From contig CAWKKR010000008.1 in the NCBI GenBank assembly GCA_963850305.1, forward strand, positions 1,824,001 through 1,888,000: DNA of 64,000 nt, in the 5' to 3' direction. The translations under genes and the position numbers were made by a program. This DNA is from an uncultured delta proteobacterium (GTDB taxonomy: Bacteria > Myxococcota_A > Polyangia > Polyangiales > Polyangiaceae). Shown one piece after another: positions 20,077-28,497 of this stretch (positions are counted from its first letter, which is position 1; each line of letters starts with the position of its first letter). The notes under the pieces are model-generated. The model was not told the origin of the DNA, searched no databases, and worked only from the letters and a program-made list of their open reading frames with translations.

Positions 20077-22239
20077 ATGCAATCCGCGCCCCCGGAGGGT
20101 TCGAGCCCGAGCCATCGAAAGCGTTTCCCCTTCGTGTCCGCCGACCCGGCGCGTCTCACCTACATCTGTTTCGCAGGAGCGTGCGTCCTTTTCGCGGCAC
20201 GGCTTTTTTACGCGTCGCTCCGGCTCCAGATATTTTACTCCGGCGTCCGGCACGACCCTTATCTCTTGCCCTCGGACTGGTCTGCGCCGCTCGACGACGT
20301 CTTCATTCACTTCGATTTTGCGCGCTCGATCGCTCGGGGTCATCCCTTCGAGTGGTCGCCGGGGAACGGCTACTCCAGCGGTGGCACGAGTCTGCTCTAT
20401 CCGTTCGTGCTCGCGCCCGGATTTTATCTCGGCTTCGGCGGGCAGCGCCTCATGCAGTTCGCTGCGATCGTCGCCTGCACGTCGATCTTTGCGACGTTGC
20501 TCTGGGTCCGCCGCATGTTTCGGGGTCTGCCGCTCTGGACCGTGTTCATCGCGCCGCCCGTACTTCTCTCCGTCGGCGCGCTCGATTGGTCGTTGTTCAG
20601 CGGGATGGAGGTTGCGTTCTTTCTGGCCGTTTGGGCCGCCACATTCGTCGCGTGGGACGAGGTCACGACGGACCGATCGAACCGGACGCGACGTGCCGAG
20701 ACCGGGAGTGTGCTCGCGCTCGGCCTCGCTAACGGACTCCTCGTCGCGACCCGGCCCGAGGCGATCGTCGTCGCGTTCGTGTTCGGCGCGACCGCCGCCT
20801 TCGCGTCGAAAAAGCGTCATGGGATCCGGACGGCACTCGGCGTGCTCCTGGCGTCCATGGCGTTCGCCCTGTGCGTGGTCGTGTCGCAGGCGGTCGCGAA
20901 TCGCGTTCTCACGGGCGACTTTTCCGCGGCGGGAGCGCTCGTGAAGCTCGAACTCTACGACCCGCGGCTCACGGCACGCGACGTGTGGGACGCCTGGGTG
21001 TTTCACGTCAGATACCAGGTCGGTCGGGTCACCGGGTACCATCTTGCGGGCGGACTCGCCTGGGGATCCTTCTTCTGGGTCCTCGCCGCGCTGCCGGTCG
21101 TATTCCGTGAGACGCGTCGCTACGGGTTATTGCTCTGGGCTCAGGCGGTCGCGTGGGTTTTCATCGTTGCGCTGAACGGTCAGGTGCGATGGCAAAATGA
21201 ACGCTACACGATGCCGGCGGTTGCGTGGATGCTGCTCGCGGTCGCGCTCGGGATCGCCGCCGCGACTTCCCACCGTTACACGACGCGCGCGCGAGACGTG
21301 ACCGCTAGGTTCGGCGTCCTCGTGCTGGTAGCGGTGCTCGCGTGGCAGCAAGGGCCCCGCATGCGCGACCAGATATGGTTCTTCGGTCGCGCATCGCGGA
21401 ACATTCGCGATCAGCACGTGAAGGTCGGCCGCTTCATCCGCGAGGAAATGCCGGGCGCGCACCGCGTCCTGGTGAGCGATGCCGGAGCCATACCGTACGC
21501 GAGCGATCTCCCCGCGCTCGACCTCATCGGTCTCGGTGGGTACCGGAGGCTCCCGTTCGCACGCGCGAGTCGCTGGGGGGTCGGGGCGGCAATCGAACTC
21601 ATCGAACGGATCCCCGCGCGTGACCGCCCCGACATGATGGCGATCTACCCGAGCTGGTGGGGGGACTTTCCCCTCTGGTTCGGCCTGCCGATCGCCGGGG
21701 TGTCCGTGCGCGGCAACGTGATCTGTGGCGGTCTGACGGATATGATCTACGCCGCCGACTGGGACGCGCTGGACTCGGGGCGTGCGCCGGCAACCCCGCG
21801 TGCACGCGGGGGTCACGTCATCGACGAAATCGATTTCGCGGATCTGCTCTCCGAGGCGGTCCATGGCTATCGCACCGTCGGCGCGCCCGGCTTCGTCACC
21901 ATGAAAATACTGCCCCGCCCGGGACGACCTGATCGGGGTCTGTGGGACGCGGGACGGGTCGTGCCGCCCGGCGCGGCCGTCGCGTTCGTTCTTCGCGGCA
22001 TCGTCGCTTCCACCCCGATGAAGCTGTGGGTCCGTACGGCGCCGTCGAGACCGGCGCGGCTGCGCCTCCGCGTGGACGATGCCGACGTTGCCGCGGCAGC
22101 CCTCGAACCCAGGGACGCATGGCAGGAAATTTCCCTCGCCATCCCGAAGGAGCGAGTGCGCCCGGAAATGGTCGTCGAGCTCGCGGTCGAACGGAACGAG
22201 GTCGTGCTCTATCACGCGTGGGGCGAAAGCTCGAAGTGA
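20077..22239 (+). CDS. Polytopic GT-C-like glycosyltransferase candidate
   Basis: First-loop DD motif PLDDVFIHFDFARSIARG, plus GTSLLYP, SGME, TRPE and ERY; many TMs and a soluble C-terminal domain. Confidence 0.6.
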   Translation: MQSAPPEGSSPSHRKRFPFVSADPARLTYICFAGACVLFAARLFYASLRLQIFYSGVRHDPYLLPSDWSAPLDDVFIHFDFARSIARGHPFEWSPGNGYSSGGTSLLYPFVLAPGFYLGFGGQRLMQFAAIVACTSIFATLLWVRRMFRGLPLWTVFIAPPVLLSVGALDWSLFSGMEVAFFLAVWAATFVAWDEVTTDRSNRTRRAETGSVLALGLANGLLVATRPEAIVVAFVFGATAAFASKKRHGIRTALGVLLASMAFALCVVVSQAVANRVLTGDFSAAGALVKLELYDPRLTARDVWDAWVFHVRYQVGRVTGYHLAGGLAWGSFFWVLAALPVVFRETRRYGLLLWAQAVAWVFIVALNGQVRWQNERYTMPAVAWMLLAVALGIAAATSHRYTTRARDVTARFGVLVLVAVLAWQQGPRMRDQIWFFGRASRNIRDQHVKVGRFIREEMPGAHRVLVSDAGAIPYASDLPALDLIGLGGYRRLPFARASRWGVGAAIELIERIPARDRPDMMAIYPSWWGDFPLWFGLPIAGVSVRGNVICGGLTDMIYAADWDALDSGRAPATPRARGGHVIDEIDFADLLSEAVHGYRTVGAPGFVTMKILPRPGRPDRGLWDAGRVVPPGAAVAFVLRGIVASTPMKLWVRTAPSRPARLRLRVDDADVAAAALEPRDAWQEISLAIPKERVRPEMVVELAVERNEVVLYHAWGESSK

Positions 22240-24218
22240 CCACGCCGTTTGGCGACTTCGGTCTGCCGCCGGATGCCGTCGCATGGGCAGCGCTAATTCT
22301 CTCCGGTATCGCGTTCGGAGCGGGTTTGCATCGGAGCACGCCGCGCGTGCTGGCGCAGGTTCCGGCAAAGCTCCTCGTCGCGGCCATGGCCGTGATGGCG
22401 GCCTTACTCTCGTACGGGTACGTCGTGTTCTACCTGCGCGGCGGCCCGCGCATCGTCGACGCGACGACCTATTACTTGCAGGCGCGCGCCCTCGCCCAGG
22501 GCCACGTCACGTTTCCCATCCCCTCGCCTAGCGGCTCATTTCGCGGAAGATTCTTGCTCGCGTCGCCGGACGGCACGCATCTTTCCGGGATTTTTCCGCC
22601 GGGCTACCCCGCGGTCCTCGCACTCGGGTTTCTCGTCGGCTCGCCCATGCTGGTGGGTCCGCTCCTCGGCGCGGGCATCGTCGTCGCGACGTATGCACTC
22701 GCCAGGCGTCTGTTCGAAGCGCCCTCCGTCGCGTTGCTCGCCGCCGCCCTGTCGACCGTCTGCGCGACGCTTCGGTATCACACGGCGGACACGATGTCGC
22801 ACGGCTGGTCGGCGCTGCTCCTCGCGACGGGTCTCGTCGCGGCCCTGGGCGAGGGCGTTGCGTCCGCGCTCTTCGCCGGTGCTTGCGCGGGCGCGCTCGT
22901 GGCGACTCGCCCACTGACGGGCATCGTCTGCATCGTGCTCGGTGTTGCGTGCGCGCGCGCGCGCCCCCTTCGATTGGGTTATCTTGTCGGTGCAGCTTTG
23001 TTGCCGTCGCTGCTCTTTCTCGTCCAGCAACGTCTCGTGACCGGCGTATGGTTCGGCTCGACCCAGCTCGCGTACTACGCGACGGCGGACGGTCCGCCTG
23101 GCTGCTTCCGTTATGGTTTCGGCCCGGGTATCGGTTGCGTCGGGGAGCATGGCGATTTCGTACGGGCGCACCTTGCGCACGGCTACGGAGTGATCGCTGC
23201 ACTCGGCACGACGCTCCGGCGACTCAAGATGCACCTCGCGGACGCGGGCAACACGGAGCTGTTCGTGCCGGTCCTTCTCTGCGGTGTCGTGGCAGTTCGT
23301 CGAACGCCCCGCGCGCGTCTCGCTGCGATCGGGATCGCGCTACTCGTCGTGGCGTACACGCCCTTTTACTTCGACGGCAACTACCCCGGCGGCGGCGCCC
23401 GCTTCTACGCGGATGCTCTCCCGCTAGAGCACGTTCTCCTTGCTTTTGCGCTCATCCGCTTCCGGCTCGCGCGCTTCGCCCCTGGCCTCGCGCTTGCAGG
23501 GTTCGCCTTCCACACCGCTTACGATCACGAGAAGCTGTCCAAGCGCGAGGGCGGTCGTCCGATGTTCGAACAGAGCGCACTGGTCGCCGCGGGTATTCAC
23601 CGAGGTCTCGTTTTCGTCGATACGGACCACGGTTTCGATCTCGGCTTCGACCCCTCACACGAAGACGCTGCAACCGGCATCGTCGTGGCCCGTCGCCGAC
23701 GTGACGCCCACGATGTCCTCCTCTGGGAGCGGCTCGGCAGGCCACCCGCGTACGAATACGAATTCGATCCGCGCGCGGCAGGGGCAACTCCGCGGATCGT
23801 GTCTCTCCCCCTCGACCCAAGTGCGCCGCTCCGGGTCGAGGCGGAAGCCGAGTGGCCCCCTCTCGAGGTCGCGTCGGGGTTCATCGAGCCCAGTTTTCCA
23901 CCCTGCGCATCGGCGGGCCGCGCGCTCGAGATCCATCCTGACGCGAAGGAGACGGCGACGATCCTCATCGACGTCCCGGTGCCGGGACCCGGCCGTTACC
24001 AGCTTCGGTCGGGGTGGGTCACGGTTTCGATGGCTCCCATCGTGGTCCGCATCGCCGGCCCGGACATGGAAAGAGAGGTGTCCGTTCGGCCCGAAGGTTC
24101 GCATTGTGTCGCCGCCGAGGGTCCTCGAGTCGAGACCCGGAAAACATCTATTCCTATAAGGATATCAACATCTTACAAGGTAAGCCTGGATTACGTCGAT
24201 GTCGTGACTGCGCCGTGA
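22236..24218 (+). CDS. Polytopic GT-C-like (PMT/ArnT-related) glycosyltransferase candidate
   Basis: GTGA-coupled to the upstream gene. IVDATTYYLQARALAQG, FPPGYPAVLALG, TRPL, GARFY; many TMs. Confidence 0.6.
   Translation: MTTPFGDFGLPPDAVAWAALILSGIAFGAGLHRSTPRVLAQVPAKLLVAAMAVMAALLSYGYVVFYLRGGPRIVDATTYYLQARALAQGHVTFPIPSPSGSFRGRFLLASPDGTHLSGIFPPGYPAVLALGFLVGSPMLVGPLLGAGIVVATYALARRLFEAPSVALLAAALSTVCATLRYHTADTMSHGWSALLLATGLVAALGEGVASALFAGACAGALVATRPLTGIVCIVLGVACARARPLRLGYLVGAALLPSLLFLVQQRLVTGVWFGSTQLAYYATADGPPGCFRYGFGPGIGCVGEHGDFVRAHLAHGYGVIAALGTTLRRLKMHLADAGNTELFVPVLLCGVVAVRRTPRARLAAIGIALLVVAYTPFYFDGNYPGGGARFYADALPLEHVLLAFALIRFRLARFAPGLALAGFAFHTAYDHEKLSKREGGRPMFEQSALVAAGIHRGLVFVDTDHGFDLGFDPSHEDAATGIVVARRRRDAHDVLLWERLGRPPAYEYEFDPRAAGATPRIVSLPLDPSAPLRVEAEAEWPPLEVASGFIEPSFPPCASAGRALEIHPDAKETATILIDVPVPGPGRYQLRSGWVTVSMAPIVVRIAGPDMEREVSVRPEGSHCVAAEGPRVETRKTSIPIRISTSYKVSLDYVDVVTAP
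24163..24175 (+). promoter_or_regulatory. IHF binding site
   Basis: TATCAACATCTTA matches WATCAANNNNTTR exactly, with an A/T-rich tract at 24141-24160 on its 5' side. Confidence 0.65.
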
Positions 24219-24281
24219 ACGGTCGCACAATCCGATCCGATCTCGCCCGTGATTCGCACCCGTACCCACCCGGAAAAGGCG

Positions 24282-24325
24282 TTGACGTTCGGTACTTTAC
24301 GGCGAATCATATCCTCGAGCGGAGG
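24282..24325 (+). promoter_or_regulatory. Putative sigma70-type promoter and RBS of ihfB
   Basis: TTGACG-N17-AATCAT, then GGAGG at 24321-24325, 5 nt before the ATG. Confidence 0.45.
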
Positions 24326-24330
24326 TCCGG

Positions 24331-24666
24331 ATGACCAAGAGCGAGATGATCGACGCGATCGCGGCGCGCGCGGAGCTCACGAAGGCTCGGGCCGAGATGG
24401 TTGTCAATTGCGTCTTCGACACGATGACAGAAGCGCTTCAGCGAGGCGAGGGCATAGAGATTCGTGGCTTTGGAAGCTTCACCGTGCGTCCTTACAAGCC
24501 TTATGACGGACGCAACCCGCGGACAGGACAGCCGGTGCCGGTCCCAGCGAAGCGTCTGCCATTTTTCAAGGTCGGCAAAGAGCTGAAGGAGCTCGTGAAC
24601 GGCAGTCGTCACATCGCGATGGTCCACGATGATGATGACGACGACGAAGACTCGGCAGACGAATAG
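24331..24666 (+). CDS. ihfB: Integration host factor beta / HU-family protein with an acidic tail
   Basis: MTKSEMI, IEIRGFGSF, GRNPRTG, PFFKVGKELKE. Confidence 0.85.
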   Translation: MTKSEMIDAIAARAELTKARAEMVVNCVFDTMTEALQRGEGIEIRGFGSFTVRPYKPYDGRNPRTGQPVPVPAKRLPFFKVGKELKELVNGSRHIAMVHDDDDDDEDSADE

Positions 24667-25678
24667 TCCGCTCGTCATCGCTGGGGGCTTCGTCGCCGCG
24701 TTCGTTTTCCTGGCGACAGGCGCGGGCTGCGCTCGGAGCCGCCCGGCAATGATTCCCTCGTCGCCGCCCAGGCCGCTGCCAGACGTCGCACCAACGAGTC
24801 TGGTCCCGTCCGCGGGGCTTCAATGGATGGCGGTCGCGCACCTCTCGGAGCTCGCGCACACGAAAGCGCTCGGCCCGGAACTGTCACTTCTCTTTCCGGC
24901 GGCCCGGCTCGATGCGTTCAAGCGTTCCTCGGGCGTGGATCTGCGCGCGGCTCCCGTGGCCCTCGCAGCCGGATTTCCTTACGGCACCCTGTTCGTCGTG
25001 GAGACGCCGGCGGACAATGCCCCGATCGAGGCGAAGTTCGCGGAGCGGCTCGTCGAGGGCGTGCATCGCGAAGCGCCTCGAAAGGATCTCCATGTCGTCT
25101 CGGGTGTGGCTGGAGCGACGCCAGAGACGCTCGTTCGGCTCGACGGGCGATTCGTGGCCGTGGCGGTCGGCGATCCCGCTCTTGCCCGCGCCGTCGAGTT
25201 TTTCGCCCTCGGACGGTTGCGCGCGCCCTCCGCGTTGAAAGGTGCCGCCCTCGCTGGTATGCCCCCGACCCTCGAGGGCGCGCCAGTTTGCTTTTACGCG
25301 CCCGGCCCATTCACCGACGAGTGGGCCTCGGGGGCGAGAGGGCTGCTGGGCGCCACGGTTGGCGTCGGCATTGGCATCTGGCCGGACGGCAAGGCATTGC
25401 ACGTTCGCGCCATGCTCACCGGTGACTGGTCGGACGAGGACGGCGCCCGTCTCGGGGCCGCCTGGGGCGACCTTGCGGAGAGCTCGATGGGGCGTCTCTT
25501 TGGTCTGGACCAGCCGTCTGCTCCGCCGGAGGTTTCCGTGTCGCCCCACCTCCTGACGCTGGACATGCATCTGCAGGCGTCTCCACTTGCAACGGGTCTG
25601 CATGCCGCCGTCGCCGCGGACGTGTGGGAGATCCTTCAAGATAGCGCCGGGAAAGGAAATGGCCCCGGTCCGAGATGA
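24629..25678 (+). CDS. Hypothetical exported protein, probable lipoprotein
   Basis: Hydrophobic leader ending in GAGC followed by a Pro-rich linker. Start uncertain; overlaps the ihfB tail. Confidence 0.6.
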   Translation: MMMTTTKTRQTNSPLVIAGGFVAAFVFLATGAGCARSRPAMIPSSPPRPLPDVAPTSLVPSAGLQWMAVAHLSELAHTKALGPELSLLFPAARLDAFKRSSGVDLRAAPVALAAGFPYGTLFVVETPADNAPIEAKFAERLVEGVHREAPRKDLHVVSGVAGATPETLVRLDGRFVAVAVGDPALARAVEFFALGRLRAPSALKGAALAGMPPTLEGAPVCFYAPGPFTDEWASGARGLLGATVGVGIGIWPDGKALHVRAMLTGDWSDEDGARLGAAWGDLAESSMGRLFGLDQPSAPPEVSVSPHLLTLDMHLQASPLATGLHAAVAADVWEILQDSAGKGNGPGPR

Positions 25679-25907
25679 ACGGGCTTCACCTCACGCTTTC
25701 GGACAACATTTGCTCAGGGAGCCAAAGTGGTGCTATGAGGGGCCGTGCTGCAGTGCGGCGCTGCTCGGACTCGCCGGTCGCTGAATGCCGAATAAGGGGA
25801 ATGGAACGCGACGTCTGAGCGTTGTGAAACCAGAGGCAATGTCCTCCGTGCGACCGCCGGATTCGGCGAGCGCCCCCCTTCAGAAGGGGAGACTCTCAGG
25901 AGATCCG

Positions 25908-26414
25908 ATGGCGGTTCAGGCGAAGGCTCAGAGCTTCAAGGCCGGCGAAATGGCCGTCCACCCGAAGCATGGCGTGGGCGAGGTTACCGAGATTGAGGAA
26001 CGCGATCTAGGCGGGAAGAGGAGCGCATTCTACGTTCTGAAGATCGTGGACACAGGACTGAAGGTGATGGTGCCGACCGAGGCGGCGGAGCGCGTCGGCC
26101 TCCGTCCCATCATGAAGAAAAAGGAGGCCCAGGCGATCTTCGATATCCTGAAGACGCCCGAGGTCGCAGTGGACGTTCAGCCTTGGAACCGTCGCTTCCG
26201 CGCTTACACAGAAATGCTGAAGAGCGGCCTGCCCTCCGAAATCGCGAAGGTGTTGCGCGACATGTATCGGCTGAAGTTCGACAAGGATCTCTCGTTCGGT
26301 GAACGGCGGCTCCTCGATCAGGCACGGAGCCTCTTGGTTCAGGAGCTGGCGCTTGCCAAGAAGGTCAAACCAGACTCGATCGAAGGAGAGATTCAGCAGA
26401 TCTTGTCCACTTGA
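25908..26414 (+). CDS. cdnL: CarD/CdnL-family RNA polymerase-binding transcription factor
   Basis: FKAGEMAVHPKHGVG, VGLRP, WNRRFRAY (conserved Trp), KDLSFGERRLLDQARSLL; no HMGA-like tail; AGGAG RBS at 25898-25902. Confidence 0.9.
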   Translation: MAVQAKAQSFKAGEMAVHPKHGVGEVTEIEERDLGGKRSAFYVLKIVDTGLKVMVPTEAAERVGLRPIMKKKEAQAIFDILKTPEVAVDVQPWNRRFRAYTEMLKSGLPSEIAKVLRDMYRLKFDKDLSFGERRLLDQARSLLVQELALAKKVKPDSIEGEIQQILST

Positions 26415-26447
26415 CCGTCTGCGCGACGGAGCGGTCCGAGGGCGCGG

Positions 26448-26996
26448 GTGAAGATCTACACGAAGACGGGCGACGCGGGTACGACAGGGCTCTTCGGAGG
26501 TGTCCGGGTCGGAAAAGACGAACCCAGAGTCGAAGCGTACGGCACGGTGGATGAGCTGAACGCGGTCGTGGGTGTTGCACGAGCGGTCGGCGTCCCACCC
26601 GCAATGGATGCGGTTCTCTCGTCGGTGCAAGAAGCTCTGTTCGTCGTCGGCGCGGAGCTCGCGACGGTTCCGGGCAAGGAAGACAAGCTGTCGATGGCCC
26701 TCGTCTCGGCCGAAGACACGGGGCGCCTGGAAGGCAGCATCGACGCCATGGAAGCCGACCTCGCACCGCTCAAGAACTTCGTCCTCCCGGGTGGCACGCC
26801 GGCCAGCGCGGCTCTGCACCAGGCCCGCACGGTGTGCCGGAGAGCCGAACGGTGCACCCTCCGCGCGTCCCGTGGCACCGCCGTTCGTCCGGAGGTGCTG
26901 GTGTATCTGAACCGGCTAAGCGACTATCTATTCGTCGCGGCTCGTTTCGCGAATCATTCGGCTGGCGTTCCCGATGTGCCCTGGGTGCCTCGATGA
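26448..26996 (+). CDS. pduO: PduO-type cob(I)alamin adenosyltransferase
   Basis: KIYTKTGDAGTT, EAYGTVDELN, FVLPGG, RTVCRRAER, YLNRLSDYLF. Confidence 0.93.
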   Translation: MKIYTKTGDAGTTGLFGGVRVGKDEPRVEAYGTVDELNAVVGVARAVGVPPAMDAVLSSVQEALFVVGAELATVPGKEDKLSMALVSAEDTGRLEGSIDAMEADLAPLKNFVLPGGTPASAALHQARTVCRRAERCTLRASRGTAVRPEVLVYLNRLSDYLFVAARFANHSAGVPDVPWVPR

Positions 26997-27568
26997 TCCG
27001 GAAGATCGCTCAGATGGGCGAGCCCGTGCTCCGGCGCCCCACCCGCGAGGTTTCCGTCGTGGAGCTCGCAAGCCCCGCCGTGCAAAGCCTCATCGACGAC
27101 ATGATCGATACGATGCACGACGCGGACGGCGCCGGCATCGCTGCGCCACAGGTATATGAATCGCTCCGCCTGTGCGTGATGGAGCTCGCCGCCAACCGGC
27201 GATATCCGACCGTGCCCGAGTTGCCGCTGACCGTACTCGTCAACCCCGTGGTCGTGGCGCTCGTCCCCAATCCCGACGCACCGGCGGCGGAGGATACGGT
27301 CACGATGTACGAGGGTTGCCTCTCGGTGCAGGGGATCCGCGGTCGCGTGCGTCGCCCGCGAAGAGTGAGCGTGCGGGCGCTCGGACGACACGGAGAACCT
27401 GTCGAGCTGATCCTGGAGGGGCCGCTCGCGTCAGTGGTTCAACACGAGACGGATCACTTGCTTGGGACGCTGTTCATCGATCGCGCGGATCCGAAGACGC
27501 TCACCTTCCTTCGTGAATACGACCGGTACGTGCCATTCGCGGATCGCGTCCAGGACGGGGCCGGATAG
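26993..27568 (+). CDS. def: Peptide deformylase
   Basis: GAGIAAPQ, EGCLS, QHETDHL; ATGA-coupled to pduO. Confidence 0.93.
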   Translation: MIRKIAQMGEPVLRRPTREVSVVELASPAVQSLIDDMIDTMHDADGAGIAAPQVYESLRLCVMELAANRRYPTVPELPLTVLVNPVVVALVPNPDAPAAEDTVTMYEGCLSVQGIRGRVRRPRRVSVRALGRHGEPVELILEGPLASVVQHETDHLLGTLFIDRADPKTLTFLREYDRYVPFADRVQDGAG

Positions 27569-27733
27569 ACTGCGCCACCGCTTCCGAGACTCTCGCACCT
27601 CCGGGGCCACGCGTTTGTCGACTTCCGGAAATGTTCTCGTCTCGGCGGCGTCCGGAATCACCGGTCTACTCCGTGGCGGCTTGCGCGGTGCCGTTCGGCG
27701 TGGTTCGGTCGCGCAACCAGAGACTCAACCGAC

Positions 27734-28495
27734 ATGATCCGGCATCCCTCGCCAGAGTTCACATCGAAGTTTGCGGAGTCGCTTCCGAAAAGCTACGCCG
27801 CGAAATACGATGCCGACGCCATCGTCGCACACGCGGGCGTCGCGGCGTCTCGCGGTGATGCGGCCGTCGCCGTTGGCGCCTTCGGTCGGGCAGGGAATGG
27901 CCTGTGCGTCGTCGCCGACGATCGTCCGGGGTTGCTTGCGCTGATCAGCGCCTCGCTCGTCCTCTGTAGGTTCGACGTGAGTCACGCGGAGGTCTACACG
28001 CGCGACGTCTCGGCGAAGAACAGCGAAGCCGTCGATCTGTTCTGGGTTCGCAAACTCGACGCGGCACCCGGTGCTCGCCTCGTCGTCGCGGATGCCGAAC
28101 GGCTCGAACGGAAGCTCCGCGAACTTCTCGCCACCGACAAGGCCCCTGACGGCGCCGTCGAGCGGGAGCTCGCCGAACGCGCGTCCGCGGGAACATCGAA
28201 GCCCATCGACGCGACCGTGCGATTCGTGGCGGATCACGCCGGCGGACTGGCAACCCTGGAAGTGGAGACGACGGACCGCTCGGGACTTCTCTTTTCGCTC
28301 GCGAGCGCGCTCTTCGGCCAGAAGGTGCAGATCGTCGAATCCGAGGTGCGCACGGTCGATGAGCGGGTGTTCGATCGATTTCGGCTGGTCGAGTTCGACG
28401 GTGCGCCCATCAGCAGCGCGCGCCGTCTGGAGATCCAGGTCGCGGTCCTGAACGCGATCGAACCCGCGCGCCGAACGCGACCGCCGAGCGCCTGA
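27734..28495 (+). CDS. Stand-alone tandem ACT-domain protein resembling the GlnD C-terminus
   Basis: DRPGLLALISASL...AVDLFWV and EVETTDRSGLLFSLASAL...VFDRF. Confidence 0.75.
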   Translation: MIRHPSPEFTSKFAESLPKSYAAKYDADAIVAHAGVAASRGDAAVAVGAFGRAGNGLCVVADDRPGLLALISASLVLCRFDVSHAEVYTRDVSAKNSEAVDLFWVRKLDAAPGARLVVADAERLERKLRELLATDKAPDGAVERELAERASAGTSKPIDATVRFVADHAGGLATLEVETTDRSGLLFSLASALFGQKVQIVESEVRTVDERVFDRFRLVEFDGAPISSARRLEIQVAVLNAIEPARRTRPPSA

Positions 28496-28497
28496 GA

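Noticed and set aside
25770..25907. Known riboswitch (cobalamin, glycine, ZTP, c-di-AMP) upstream of cdnL
   Set aside because: Only fragments match (AATAAGGGGAA, ACTCTCAGG, CGCTGAAT). The B12 box, the glycine GGAGA/CCGAAG, the ZTP CGCCTGGG and the c-di-AMP CAGCTAAC elements are absent.
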